Assembly (NCBI GenBank): GCA_040830765.1
Contig: JBFOMH010000026.1
Span: forward strand, 1 to 64,000
Reading direction: 5' to 3'
DNA length: 64,000 nt
Source: Puniceicoccaceae bacterium
Lineage (GTDB): Bacteria > Verrucomicrobiota > Verrucomicrobiia > Opitutales > Oceanipulchritudinaceae
Made by a program: the position numbers and the translations under genes. Position 1 is the stretch's first letter. Each line of letters begins with the position of its first letter. Below the pieces are notes generated by a model. That model was given only the letters and a program-made list of their open reading frames with translations. It made no database searches and had not been told where the DNA came from. Below, in pieces: positions 46,109 through 56,375 of the stretch.

Positions 46109-47227
46109 ATGCTGTGGGATCGCGAATCTTACTTGTCCCATCTCTGCTTTGGTCCGTCTGACCGGGAGATGGTGGTGGAATTGTTCGGATTGCTGATCGG
46201 GACGGAGGAACTCTGGCGTCAGCAGGGCGCCAGCGAAGCGGAGATTGACTTGACAGCATTTGCCTGGGACCGCGTTCCGCGGGCGCAGCTGCCGTTCAAC
46301 CGGGAGCCCATTAACGACTTGGAAGAAGTTGTCCTCAGGGAGGATGAGAAGGAACGGGTAGTCCGGGATATCTATGGGCGTATCACCGTCTTGCCGAAGC
46401 AGGTGGCGACAATTTCCCTCCCGCAGGGTTTTCCGGTGGAGGAACCCGAGGACTGGGATCGCATTCGTGAGTGGTTCTGTGAAGATGATTCCCGAACGGA
46501 TCCGGAGGCATTAAAGCGATGCGCGGACGCACGGAACGGAGGAGCGGTGGTTACCGCCTGCATCTGGGGCGCCTACGACATCCTGCGACAGCTCATGGGT
46601 GATGAGAACGCCTGCCTGAGCCTCTATGAGGAGCCGGCAATGGTCCGCAATATCCTTGAGACGGTTGGGGAGATGCAGGCCAGGTGCCTGGAGCAGGCGA
46701 TTGAGATATCGCCCGTCGATATACTCTTTGTGCATGAGGATTTCGCTGGCAAGAGCGGGCCGCTGGTGGGGCCAAACCACATCCGCGAAACGTTCAAGCC
46801 ATATTACGAGCAGTTATGGTCCATCGCCCGGAGCGGTGGTGCACGGTTGTTCGATCTCGACAGCGACGGGTACATCGATCCAGTTGTCGACGTGCTTCTT
46901 GAATGTGGCATCAATTGTCTGCATCCGGTGGAACCGGGAGCTGGCAGCGACATTGTCGCCCTGCGAAAGCAATACGGCGATCGCCTGACCCTGCGCGGTG
47001 GCATTGACAAGTTTGCGCTCACCAAGGGCAGGGCGGCCATAGACGAGGAACTGACTTACCGGCTTGATCCCTGCTTGCGGGGCGGCGGGACGATGTTTGC
47101 GCTGGATCATCGCATCCCCTCCCGGGTGACCGTTGAAGCCTACCGGTACTATGTGAAGCGCCTGAGGCAACTCCTGGATCTGCCCCCCATGGAAGCCGAT
47201 GAGCCCGGCTGGGGCCGGATGGCCTAG
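46109..47227 (+). CDS. Uroporphyrinogen decarboxylase-like (URO-D/CIMS) family protein of unknown function
   Basis: LRQLMG, EDFAGKSGPLVGP, DSDG, GINCLHPVE, LRGGIDK and DHRIP patterns. Confidence 0.8.
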   Translation: MLWDRESYLSHLCFGPSDREMVVELFGLLIGTEELWRQQGASEAEIDLTAFAWDRVPRAQLPFNREPINDLEEVVLREDEKERVVRDIYGRITVLPKQVATISLPQGFPVEEPEDWDRIREWFCEDDSRTDPEALKRCADARNGGAVVTACIWGAYDILRQLMGDENACLSLYEEPAMVRNILETVGEMQARCLEQAIEISPVDILFVHEDFAGKSGPLVGPNHIRETFKPYYEQLWSIARSGGARLFDLDSDGYIDPVVDVLLECGINCLHPVEPGAGSDIVALRKQYGDRLTLRGGIDKFALTKGRAAIDEELTYRLDPCLRGGGTMFALDHRIPSRVTVEAYRYYVKRLRQLLDLPPMEADEPGWGRMA

Positions 47228-47325
47228 GCCCATACCCGAGGCCGTTGCCAGACAGTAAACCGGTTTGGTGTTTGCCCGTTCTCCTCTTCTGGGTTTCGTT
47301 AAAGCATCAATTTTTCAATTCCATC

Positions 47326-48735
47326 ATGAAGCGCATTTCCTTGAAACACCTCTGCACGGGAATATTCCTGCCCCTGCTAATGCCCCTTTCCCTGCTTTCC
47401 GGAGAGGAAACATCCCGGTCCCTGATTCTCGGCCAATCGATTCTCGATGAATCGGCGTATCGTTTCCTTGAATACATATCCGACGAATTTGGCCCGCGCA
47501 TGGTCGGGACCGAAGGGCATGCCGCGACGATGGATTACCTGGAGAAGGAACTGCAGTCGCTGGGTTTGGAAACGGAGCGGCAGGAATTCACCTATCCAGG
47601 TTGGGTTCGAGGCGAGTCGCGGGTGGAGTTGCTTGCCCCGCACCGGAAAGTCCTGCGTTCAGTCGACCTTGCCTATGTAGGGGGCTTCGGTCCGGTTAGC
47701 GGTGAGGTGGCCTATGTTGAGGCCAAGGACATTGAAGAGCTGGATACCGAAGCCATCCGCGACCGAATTCTCCTTGTACGCCAGAATGTGAGCTACCGGC
47801 TGCCTCAAATGGTGCGTTTACAAGAAGAGCACGGGGTGAAGGGCCTGCTTTACATCAACCGCGTCAATGGGGGACAGCTTCTGGCGCGGACGGCTGATCA
47901 TGACGGCCGCGCGGCCCCGTTCCCGGTATTTTCCATTACCCAGGAGGAAGGCCTCCTGATGCAGCGGCTGCTGGAGGATGGCAAGGTTGTGCGCGTGGAA
48001 TTGGAGACACGCTCTTCAGCAAAACAGTTTACAGGAGCAAACCTGATTGCCCGCCTGCCGGGCCAGGGCAGCGAACGCGTGATGCTGGGGGCGCACTTTG
48101 ATTCATGGGACCTTGGTCAGGGATCTATTGATAACGGGTTGGGCGTGGCCCAGGTCTATGCGGTCGCCAAGCTACTTAAGGAACTGGGCACCAATAACCA
48201 GCACACTGTCGAATTTGTCTGGTTTGATGCCGAGGAAATGGGACTCTGGGGATCCCGTCATTATGCCGAAGCCGGTGACCTGAGCGACCTTCGGGTGATG
48301 ATCAACCTCGACATGGTGGGCCGGCCGATTGCCATCAACGCCATGGGCTTTGACGGGCTTGTGCCCCTGTTGGAGAGCTATGTGGATTCACTCGGCGCCT
48401 GGGAGTTTTCCAAGAATGTGGCCAACAAGCCCTGGCTTGGCAGCGATCATCATCCCTTCATCATGCAGGGAGTCCCGGCCATTACCTTCAATGCGCCGAT
48501 GGACCATGATGATGTCCGTTATTATCATGATTTTGGGGATAGCATGGACAAGGTGGACCGGACCATGCTCGGCGAGGCCTGTGGGTTGATTGCCTTGCTA
48601 GTTTACGACCTGGCCAATACGGAAGAGCGCGTACCACATTTGGATGACGAGGCTGTTGCGGAACTATTCCGCAAGGCGGATCTCGAGGAGCGTCTTCGCA
48701 AGGCCGACAAATGGCCCTTCGGGGAGGCGGAGTGA
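47326..48735 (+). CDS. Secreted M28 family metallopeptidase (carboxypeptidase Q-like, PA domain)
   Basis: GPRMVGT, GAHFDSWD, DNGLG, AEEMGLWGS, NLDM, SDH and YYH motifs. Signal peptide from ATG 47326. Confidence 0.9.
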   Translation: MKRISLKHLCTGIFLPLLMPLSLLSGEETSRSLILGQSILDESAYRFLEYISDEFGPRMVGTEGHAATMDYLEKELQSLGLETERQEFTYPGWVRGESRVELLAPHRKVLRSVDLAYVGGFGPVSGEVAYVEAKDIEELDTEAIRDRILLVRQNVSYRLPQMVRLQEEHGVKGLLYINRVNGGQLLARTADHDGRAAPFPVFSITQEEGLLMQRLLEDGKVVRVELETRSSAKQFTGANLIARLPGQGSERVMLGAHFDSWDLGQGSIDNGLGVAQVYAVAKLLKELGTNNQHTVEFVWFDAEEMGLWGSRHYAEAGDLSDLRVMINLDMVGRPIAINAMGFDGLVPLLESYVDSLGAWEFSKNVANKPWLGSDHHPFIMQGVPAITFNAPMDHDDVRYYHDFGDSMDKVDRTMLGEACGLIALLVYDLANTEERVPHLDDEAVAELFRKADLEERLRKADKWPFGEAE

Positions 48736-51315
48736 TCACTCCTTGCGAAGAATGACCAACGGGGGCTGGCTGGCAATGCCGCGAGAAGTGAGCCAGCCGG
48801 TAAAGAGGGTGAGCAGGGTCAGGAGCACGGCGAGGACCAGTGCGTCCAGCGGGTTGACAGCAAATGGCAGTGAAAAGACGAAGCGGAAGAGCGCCCATGC
48901 AGTCAGCCAGGAGAGAAGGATACCGGAGAGACTGGCAATTATACCGAGGAGGACAAATTCCAGCGAGAGCACCTGGCGGATGAAGGCGGTGGAGGCACCA
49001 AGGGTGCGAAAAAGGACACTTTCCTGAAGACGCTGGTAGCGGCTGCCGAGAAGGGCTCCGGCGAGGACAATGAGGCCGGTGGCCACGGTGAACCCAGCCA
49101 TGAACTTGATGACAAAGGCGGCCTTGCCGAGGATCTCGTTCAGGGAATCAAAGACGAGGGAAAGGTCGAGAAGGCTGACATTGGCGTAGTTCTCCGTCAG
49201 GGCATTCTGGAGCTGGGCCGTCTGGAGCCGGCTCTCCGTCTTGACGCTGATGGCATAGACGGTCGGGGCTGCCTCAATTGTACCGAGCGGGAAGACGATG
49301 TTGAAGTTTTGTCGACCCGCCTTCCACTGGACCCGGCGGATGCTGCTGACAACGGTCTCCACCGGGACGCCCTGGACATTCCAGGTAATGGAATCCCCGA
49401 TACCGACGCCGAAGTCCTCAATGACATTCTCAGAGAGGGAGACCGGGTAGGGCGGGCCGTCACTGTATTCGGGCACAAATTCCCCCGCGATGACCTCGGC
49501 ATTGTCGAGGACATGGTCCCGATAAGTGTTCCTGAACTCCCAGGTGTAGACCCAGTCCGAGACCGGGGATTCAGGCATCGCTTTCCATTCGGTCAGGGGG
49601 ATGTCCTTGATGGTCTCGACCCGCATGGTGATGACCGGAAGGATGTCCTGGGGCGGCAGGCCGCGATCATTGAGCAGTTCGACAACACCCTCCTTCTGGT
49701 CCTGTTGCACATCGAGGAGGATGGCATTGGCGGCATCTTCCGTTGGTTCAACATCAACCTGATCGAGCAAGCCATCACGGGTGAGCCAAAGGGTATTGAT
49801 GAGGAGGACCCCCATGCCAAGGGAGACAATCATCAGCAAGGTGCGATTATTGGGGCGGTAGAGGTTGCTGAGGGCGAGCCGGTAGGAATAGGGGGCAGAT
49901 TCCGGGTGCAGGCGTCGCAACAAGTACCGCAGGGAATAGGCCACCCCGGCCAACAGCAGGAGCGCTACCAGCAAACCGGTAACAAAGGAAATGGCGAATC
50001 CGGACTGACGCGACTGGATGACCGTAAAGGCAAAGAGGCCACCGAGCAGGAGGAGAACAGTGAGCCAGACCAGGGGATCACGGGTTGCGGAGCGGGCCGG
50101 TTCGATACTGGCCCGGATAGCCCGGAGGGGACTGATGTGACGTATGGAAAGCAACGGGATCAGGGCCGAGGCAAAGACCACAAACCAGCCGAAGCCCAGC
50201 CCAGTGAAAATGGCCGCGAGGCTGATCCGCATGGAGATATCGAAGGGCAGGAATGACTGCAGGAGCGGGGGGAGGAGAAATTGCACCCCGATACCCAGCA
50301 GGGTCCCGGCAATGGCCCCGGCCAGGCCAAAGGTCAGCATCTGGGCAAGATAGATGGTGAAAGCCTGGCGAATGGGAGTACCCAGACAGCGAAGAATAGC
50401 GATGGTCTCCCGTTTGGCCTGCAGGTAGACGTTGACCGCTCCGATAATGCCAATGCCCCCCAGCAGCAGGGCGGAAAATCCAATCAGGTTGAGGAAGTCG
50501 AGCAGGTTATTGAGGATGCGCTCGATACTGCGGCGACGATCGGCAACGGTTTCCACATCAACCCCGTCAACAACGAACAATCCCTCTTTCTCAGATTCGA
50601 GCAAGCGCTCCAGTTCCTCCGCTTGATTGCTTTCAATCCCGACGTAGGTGCGGTAGCGGATAATGGATCCGGTCTGGATGAGGCCCGTTTCCTTGACGTC
50701 TTGTAGTGGAATATAGATACGCGGGGCAAAGAATCCGGTTATCTCCGATTCCCCGGCCATGCGGACAAGGGCCGCGGCGATGGTGTAGGTCTTTTCACCC
50801 AGGCGGACAGAATCCCCCGGACTCAGTCCCAGTTGCAGGAGGACGCTTTCCTCAATTATGGCCTCATCCGGAGCAGGCATTGCCGCCGTATTCGCGCGCT
50901 CGGGGATGAGTTCCATTTTCCCGTAAAAGGGCAATGGGCCTTCGATTGCCCTGACCTGGACAAATCGCGAGGCATTGTCGGCATCCGGGAAAACAGCCAT
51001 TGAGCGGAAGCGCATCTCGCGGATGATTTCTCCGGGCAATTGGTTGATAAAGCGCTCCAGTTCAGTGCTTGGAGGCCGCCTGGTCTGCATGACAGCATCT
51101 GCCCCGAGGAGGCTGCGCGACTGTTCATCGACGATCCGTTGCAGGTTTTCCCTGAGGGAATAGATGGCAACAATGGACCCAATCCCAAAAACGATGCTGA
51201 AGGTAAACAGCAGGAGCAGCAGCCGTTTGCCACGACTATCCCGCCAGGCCATCCTGAAGACCCAGCCGCGGGAAGTACCTCCCTGTGCCTGGTTGACTGA
51301 CTCCTTATGGCTCAT
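48736..51315 (-). CDS. ybbP: ABC transporter permease, FtsX/MacB-like (YbbP type)
   Basis: MAWRDSR, LLGAD, PFYG, IAILRCLG and ESVLFRTLGA motifs, with two FtsX-type TM blocks. Context with ybbA and tesA. Confidence 0.88.
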   Translation of the reverse strand: MSHKESVNQAQGGTSRGWVFRMAWRDSRGKRLLLLLFTFSIVFGIGSIVAIYSLRENLQRIVDEQSRSLLGADAVMQTRRPPSTELERFINQLPGEIIREMRFRSMAVFPDADNASRFVQVRAIEGPLPFYGKMELIPERANTAAMPAPDEAIIEESVLLQLGLSPGDSVRLGEKTYTIAAALVRMAGESEITGFFAPRIYIPLQDVKETGLIQTGSIIRYRTYVGIESNQAEELERLLESEKEGLFVVDGVDVETVADRRRSIERILNNLLDFLNLIGFSALLLGGIGIIGAVNVYLQAKRETIAILRCLGTPIRQAFTIYLAQMLTFGLAGAIAGTLLGIGVQFLLPPLLQSFLPFDISMRISLAAIFTGLGFGWFVVFASALIPLLSIRHISPLRAIRASIEPARSATRDPLVWLTVLLLLGGLFAFTVIQSRQSGFAISFVTGLLVALLLLAGVAYSLRYLLRRLHPESAPYSYRLALSNLYRPNNRTLLMIVSLGMGVLLINTLWLTRDGLLDQVDVEPTEDAANAILLDVQQDQKEGVVELLNDRGLPPQDILPVITMRVETIKDIPLTEWKAMPESPVSDWVYTWEFRNTYRDHVLDNAEVIAGEFVPEYSDGPPYPVSLSENVIEDFGVGIGDSITWNVQGVPVETVVSSIRRVQWKAGRQNFNIVFPLGTIEAAPTVYAISVKTESRLQTAQLQNALTENYANVSLLDLSLVFDSLNEILGKAAFVIKFMAGFTVATGLIVLAGALLGSRYQRLQESVLFRTLGASTAFIRQVLSLEFVLLGIIASLSGILLSWLTAWALFRFVFSLPFAVNPLDALVLAVLLTLLTLFTGWLTSRGIASQPPLVILRKE

Positions 51316-51983
51316 GCAGCTGAATTGCCCTCAATCCGTCCATTGCGGAGGCGCAAAACCCGGTCAGTGCGCGCGGCCAACTCGGTGTCATGAGTGACCA
51401 CAATGAGCGTGTTGCCCGTTTCGCGGTGCGATTGGAAAAGCAGGTCCTCGATTTGGGTTGCCGTTTCCCCGTCAAGATTGCCGGTGGGCTCATCGGCAAA
51501 GAGCAGTGCTGGCTGGCCGGCGCAGGCCCGTGCGATGGCAACCCGCTGCTGCTCACCCCCTGACAACTGGACCGGATAATGACCGGAACGATCAGCGAGG
51601 CCAACCCGCTCCAGCCACTCCATGGCTGTCCGGCGTGGACGCGGAGCGCCTTTCAGCTCAAGTGGGATACAGACATTCTCAAGGGCGCTGAGGGTTGGAA
51701 TGAGTTGGAAGTTCTGGAAAACAAAACCGATATAGCGGCTTCTCAGGGCGGCACGGGCATCCTCGTCCATGGGGGAAAGCGGCTGATCGAGGATATAGAC
51801 CTCCCCATTGCTGGGTGTATCGAGACCGGCGCTGATCCCGAGGAGTGTGGTCTTGCCGCTGCCGGAGGGTCCGACGATGGCCAGGGACTCCCCATCCTCG
51901 ACGAAGGCATTAATGCCGGCCAGTACCTCAAGCGGGCGATCCCCGCTGCGGTAGGTCTTGTGGATGTCTTCAAGTTTGAGCAT
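51312..51983 (-). CDS. ybbA: ABC transporter ATP-binding protein (YbbA/LolD type)
   Basis: GPSGSGKTT, GFVFQNFQL, LSGGEQQRVAIAR, FADEPTGNLD and VTHD motifs. Confidence 0.93.
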   Translation of the reverse strand: MLKLEDIHKTYRSGDRPLEVLAGINAFVEDGESLAIVGPSGSGKTTLLGISAGLDTPSNGEVYILDQPLSPMDEDARAALRSRYIGFVFQNFQLIPTLSALENVCIPLELKGAPRPRRTAMEWLERVGLADRSGHYPVQLSGGEQQRVAIARACAGQPALLFADEPTGNLDGETATQIEDLLFQSHRETGNTLIVVTHDTELAARTDRVLRLRNGRIEGNSAA

Positions 51984-52079
51984 GTTTATTCCAGTTGGTT
52001 GGTCTCTCGTTTCTGGTCCCCGTTTGACGAAACCGGAAATCCGGATGATGGTTATTTCACAAACAGTCCTTTTTCATCC

Positions 52080-52700
52080 ATGAGTATGCGCAATTGCCTC
52101 ATAATTTCCACGCTCCTTTGCATTTTGGCAGGCACCGCTTCCGCGGAGGAGCGAATTGTCTGCCTTGGGGACAGCCTCACGGCCGGCTACGGCCTGGAAC
52201 CGGAGCAGGCTTATCCGAGTATTCTGGAGTCCTTGTTAACAGAGCGGGGCAGGGCTGTTACTGTCGTCAATGCGGGCGTCAGCGGGGACACCTCAGCCGG
52301 CGGATTGCGACGGCTGGGCTGGATCATGCAGCAGGAGATCGATGTCCTGGTCATTGCCCTCGGGGCCAATGACGCTCTCCGCGGGCAGCCGGTGGACTCA
52401 ACCGAAGGGAACCTGCGGGGGATTATCCGGACCGCCCGGGAGAAACAGCCGGATATTACCATCATCCTTGCCGGCATGCGGGCACCACCAAACATGGGAG
52501 GGGATTATGCCTCCCGGTATGAGGCGATTTTTCCTAAATTGGCGGCAGAGGAATCGGTGCAACTGCTGGACTTCCTCCTTGAGGACGTGGCAGCGCGCCC
52601 GGAGCTCAATCTAGCCGATGGCATCCATCCGAACGCCAAGGGCCAGCGATTGATTGCCGAGAACCTGGCGAAGTTGGTGAATGGAGAAAACGAAGCCTAA
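52080..52700 (+). CDS. tesA: Arylesterase/acyl-CoA thioesterase I (SGNH), exported
   Basis: LGDSLTAGYGL, NAGVSGDTSAGGL, LGANDALRG, PPNMG and DGIHPN. Divergent from ybbA as in E. coli. Confidence 0.92.
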   Translation: MSMRNCLIISTLLCILAGTASAEERIVCLGDSLTAGYGLEPEQAYPSILESLLTERGRAVTVVNAGVSGDTSAGGLRRLGWIMQQEIDVLVIALGANDALRGQPVDSTEGNLRGIIRTAREKQPDITIILAGMRAPPNMGGDYASRYEAIFPKLAAEESVQLLDFLLEDVAARPELNLADGIHPNAKGQRLIAENLAKLVNGENEA

Positions 52701-55238
52701 TCAAGGATTCACGCTAATCCGGAAAAAGCGATAAGCCGGCACATTAACGGGAATGGTTTCAATGATGGTCGTGGATGCGCCCGTAGCCGTATGGCTGGAG
52801 CCGATCGGATCCCATTCGGCAAGGTCCGGACTGGCGAGGATGGAGTAGGAGAGACCGATGACGGAATCAAATGTGATCTCCACCTGATCGCTGCTCATCT
52901 GGAAGTCCGTTATTCGGAAAGCGCTGGATGGATCCAGGGGATCGGTGCGACTGCCGAAGAGCTCATCGTAGTCATCCAGTCCATCCCCGTCGGAATCGGC
53001 CTTGAGGGGATTTGTCCCATAGACATTGGTCTCATCGGAATCGCTGATGAAGTCTCCGTCACTATCGGGCCCGGCATCCAGGACAACTAGTTCGGTCAGC
53101 GCCCCAATCATGGGCCCGGCGCCGTTGTTGGCGACGGCGAAATAGTTTCCCGCAGAACCCGGTGTGGCCGTGAAGGAGTAATCCTCCATCGTGCTGACCG
53201 GTGCACCTGAATGGTACCATTGATAGGCCAGTGAGCTGGACGAGGTTACGGTGATTTCCAGATCCACAGTCTGGCCATCCTTTACGACGACTTGGGAGGG
53301 TGGTTCACTGGTGAAGACTGGCAGTTCCGTCGTGCCCGTTAAATGCAGGAAGGCCGCATCGGCAATAAAGCTTCCGGAAAGATCCGTATCCGCATCGGTG
53401 GTGACGCGTTCGATGGAGAGCCGTACGAAAGCCGTATTGGCGGGTGTCGTTGCCTCGAGAATCCAGGGAGTCGCCGTGGCCGGGGTGGCGTTGTCGACGA
53501 TGGTCGTCATGGATTCGCTCAACACGGATTCTCCGGAATCAAGGAACTCAATGCGCAAGCGGCCAAGGGCACCGGTGCCAATAGGGTCAGAACCATGGTT
53601 GGCGGCCAACAGGCCATAACGGAGGTCTTGTCCCGCAGTGGCGGTGACTGTCTGGACAAATCCCGTGCGGTTGTCCGGATCAGAGGGTGGGGCGATGGCA
53701 TCATCCTTGAGGAAAAGGCTTGTTGCAGCAAGGCGGCCGGCAGAGCCGGTGGGGCCGGTTGTTTCCAGTCCGACTTGGATAAAGGGAACGCCGGATGCGG
53801 GGATGTCCGCTTGGAGAGTAAAGTCACCCCCGGCGACAACGGACGTTGCCACGTCGGTAAAACTGTAGTCCGGATTGAAGATGCGAATGAAGGCAGATGC
53901 TTCGTTTCCTGCAGCAAAGGTCTCCTCAATGGCCACTGTTCCGGTGTAAGTAAGGCTCAAGCCCTGCACCACAGCCCCATCCAGTTGCCGGAAGACAACG
54001 GCATTGGCCCGTGGAGGAGGTGATGTCTGGTAAATCGATATGGTGACGGAATCGTCTGAGGTCGTGGCCGGAATGGTTGAAGGGTCAATGGATCCGAACG
54101 CTGTAATTTCGCCACCTTCGTCTTGCTGATTGAGCCAGCCGCTCCAGGACCCGGCTGAGCCATCGGTAAGGAGGTTGGGTGCGGGTTCGCCTCCGGTATC
54201 CGGCGAATTGAGCGGATTGATTTGAACGGAAGCCGCTCCATGAAGGGCCCCAGTAGTGACACTGGCCAGGTTGCCATCGTCCTGGGTGTTCCAATTGGCC
54301 CATTGCGGACCTTGATATTCCTCAAATCCACCGCTGGCCAGGTCGCTTGTCGTGCTTGCAGGCTGCCATACACGGACCCAGTCAATAAGGAAGTAGGAGG
54401 GGAAGATTCCATTGTCTGCCGGCACCCCATCAAATAATCCCCCGACCGCTGCATTCATGATCAAGAACATGGGGCCCTGTGGGATGGCCTGGGCATCCGT
54501 GAAGACAACCTGATCGTCCCACCAGGTGGTTATGCTGGTTGAGGTCCATTCGAGACCATACTCATGGAAACTGGTCTGGAGGTTGACGCCTGTATCCAGG
54601 GTATCGGAATTGTACTGGTTCGAATTGTTCGGACCGACCTTGAAATGATGGGCACTGCTGGTCTGGGTCGGCCGTGAACCCCAGCCCTCCATGATGTCAA
54701 TTTCATCGTCCCAGTACCATGGGTCCGGAGCATTCAGCATCCAGAGCGCCGGCCACATTCCCTGGCCAGCCGGCAACTGGGCCCGCCACTTGAGAATTCC
54801 AAAGGTGAACTGGAATTCGTCGGCGGTATTCAATTTGCCCGAGGTGTATTCATGATAGCCCGGGGTGTAAAGGCCGACGGGATCCGTCACAGTCTCATAA
54901 TCAGCCTTGATTTCCAGAATACCATCGCTCACGGAAACATTATCGGGCGTATAGTACTGGCGTTCGTCATTAATGGTTCCGGCCTGCAGCCAGGGTTCGA
55001 ATTCATCATTGAACCAGTGGGGCTCGACAAATTGCCCATCGCTGGCCCGCTGGTACCAGGCATTTACCCCGACGTTGACGTCCCATTTGCTGGTATCGAC
55101 CGTGGCCCCCTCGAATTCGTCGTTCCAGACTATCCGGTAGCCGGGGATGTTCAGCTCGGTATCCGCGTGGAGAGCCAGACATGTCATTGCCAATAGGCCA
55201 GTCATCCAGCAAGAAGAAAGTTTTGCATTAAAGTGCAT
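52701..55238 (-). CDS. Multimodular GH16 beta-glucanase with beta-sandwich modules, an Ig-like domain, TSP3-like repeats and family B C-terminal tail
   Basis: WNDEF, ERQYY, YTSGKL, GMWPALWML, catalytic EIDIME and PMFLIMNAAVGG. Ig-like LAYQWYHSG...GNYFAVANN and DSDGD repeats. Signal peptide from ATG 55238. Confidence 0.9.
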   Translation of the reverse strand: MHFNAKLSSCWMTGLLAMTCLALHADTELNIPGYRIVWNDEFEGATVDTSKWDVNVGVNAWYQRASDGQFVEPHWFNDEFEPWLQAGTINDERQYYTPDNVSVSDGILEIKADYETVTDPVGLYTPGYHEYTSGKLNTADEFQFTFGILKWRAQLPAGQGMWPALWMLNAPDPWYWDDEIDIMEGWGSRPTQTSSAHHFKVGPNNSNQYNSDTLDTGVNLQTSFHEYGLEWTSTSITTWWDDQVVFTDAQAIPQGPMFLIMNAAVGGLFDGVPADNGIFPSYFLIDWVRVWQPASTTSDLASGGFEEYQGPQWANWNTQDDGNLASVTTGALHGAASVQINPLNSPDTGGEPAPNLLTDGSAGSWSGWLNQQDEGGEITAFGSIDPSTIPATTSDDSVTISIYQTSPPPRANAVVFRQLDGAVVQGLSLTYTGTVAIEETFAAGNEASAFIRIFNPDYSFTDVATSVVAGGDFTLQADIPASGVPFIQVGLETTGPTGSAGRLAATSLFLKDDAIAPPSDPDNRTGFVQTVTATAGQDLRYGLLAANHGSDPIGTGALGRLRIEFLDSGESVLSESMTTIVDNATPATATPWILEATTPANTAFVRLSIERVTTDADTDLSGSFIADAAFLHLTGTTELPVFTSEPPSQVVVKDGQTVDLEITVTSSSSLAYQWYHSGAPVSTMEDYSFTATPGSAGNYFAVANNGAGPMIGALTELVVLDAGPDSDGDFISDSDETNVYGTNPLKADSDGDGLDDYDELFGSRTDPLDPSSAFRITDFQMSSDQVEITFDSVIGLSYSILASPDLAEWDPIGSSHTATGASTTIIETIPVNVPAYRFFRISVNP

Positions 55239-55396
55239 ATTATTGAGTGGAAGGGACAATCGGCTCTGATGCAATGCTGGAAAACAAAAACCTGTACCCG
55301 GGATTGCTGCGCGTATTGGTCTGAGTCCGTGCCGGGCGAGTTTAGGATTTGGCAAATAGGTTGGCAAATCCTGTCAAAGGGCAGTATGGTGTGGCC

Positions 55397-56368
55397 ATGA
55401 ATTACCGCACATTAGGAAAGACAGGCTACAACGTCTCGGCGATCGGATTTGGGGCATGGGCCATCGGGGGAACATCCTGGGGCAAGCAGGAGGATGACGA
55501 TTCCATCAAGGCTCTTCATGAGGCCATCGACCGGGGAGTGAATTTCATCGATACCGCGGCCGGGTACGGGGGTGGCCACAGTGAGCGGCTGATCGGCAAG
55601 GTCCTGAAGGAGCGGTCGGAAGAGATCAAGGTGGCGACCAAGACGCCCCTGAAGTTCCCTGGCACCTGGCCGCCATCGCCGTATGACAATTGGGAGGACC
55701 GCTACGGGGAAGCCTACCTGCGGGAAAACGTGGAGGAGCGACTCCGCTGCCTCGGTGTGGAGTGTCTGGACCTGCTCCAGTTACACACCTGGACACGGGC
55801 CTGGAACCGCGATCCGAAGCCGTTTGAAATTCTCCGCAAGCTGCAGGCGGAGGGGAAGATTGCCAAGATAGGGGTCTCCACGCCGGAGCAAGACCAGAAC
55901 GCCGTTATTGACCTGATGCGGGATGGCTGGGTCGATTCGGTCCAGGTCATCTACAACATTTTCGAACAGGAACCAGCAGCTGAACTGTTGCCGGTGGCCG
56001 AGGAACACAACGTCGGTATCATCGTCCGGGTGGCGATGGAGGAGGGTGCCCTGACTGGCAAGTTTACTGAGGAGACCAGTTTCCCTGAGAGTGACTTCCG
56101 CAGCACCTATTTCGCCGGTGAGCGAATGGGCCGCGTCGTCCGGCGGGTCACGAAAATCAAGGAGGACTTCCCTGGGACCAACCTTGCCGAGCTGGCCCTG
56201 CGCTTTGCCTTGCAGCACCCGGCCGTCAGCACGGTCATCGCCGGCATGCGCAATCCCCGCCAGGTCGAGCTCAACGTTCCCGTCGGGGATATGCCGCCAT
56301 TGTCAGACGAAACGATGGAGAAGCTCCGCCATCACACCTGGCTGAAGCAGTTCTGGCATTCGTATTGA
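55397..56368 (+). CDS. Aldo/keto reductase
   Basis: YRTLGKTG, GFGAWAIGG, FIDTAAGYG, ATK, DLLQLH and QVIYNIFEQ motifs. Confidence 0.92.
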   Translation: MNYRTLGKTGYNVSAIGFGAWAIGGTSWGKQEDDDSIKALHEAIDRGVNFIDTAAGYGGGHSERLIGKVLKERSEEIKVATKTPLKFPGTWPPSPYDNWEDRYGEAYLRENVEERLRCLGVECLDLLQLHTWTRAWNRDPKPFEILRKLQAEGKIAKIGVSTPEQDQNAVIDLMRDGWVDSVQVIYNIFEQEPAAELLPVAEEHNVGIIVRVAMEEGALTGKFTEETSFPESDFRSTYFAGERMGRVVRRVTKIKEDFPGTNLAELALRFALQHPAVSTVIAGMRNPRQVELNVPVGDMPPLSDETMEKLRHHTWLKQFWHSY

Positions 56369-56375
56369 GCGAGCC

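Noticed and set aside
49309..50256. 315-aa plus-strand ORF
   Set aside because: Antisense shadow of the ybbP permease.
51579..52079. Long N-terminal extension of the tesA ORF
   Set aside because: Overlaps ybbA on the opposite strand. The signal peptide begins at ATG 52080/52086.
48736..52700. ybbP-ybbA-tesA as a novel system
   Set aside because: The same divergent arrangement is well known from E. coli and many other bacteria.
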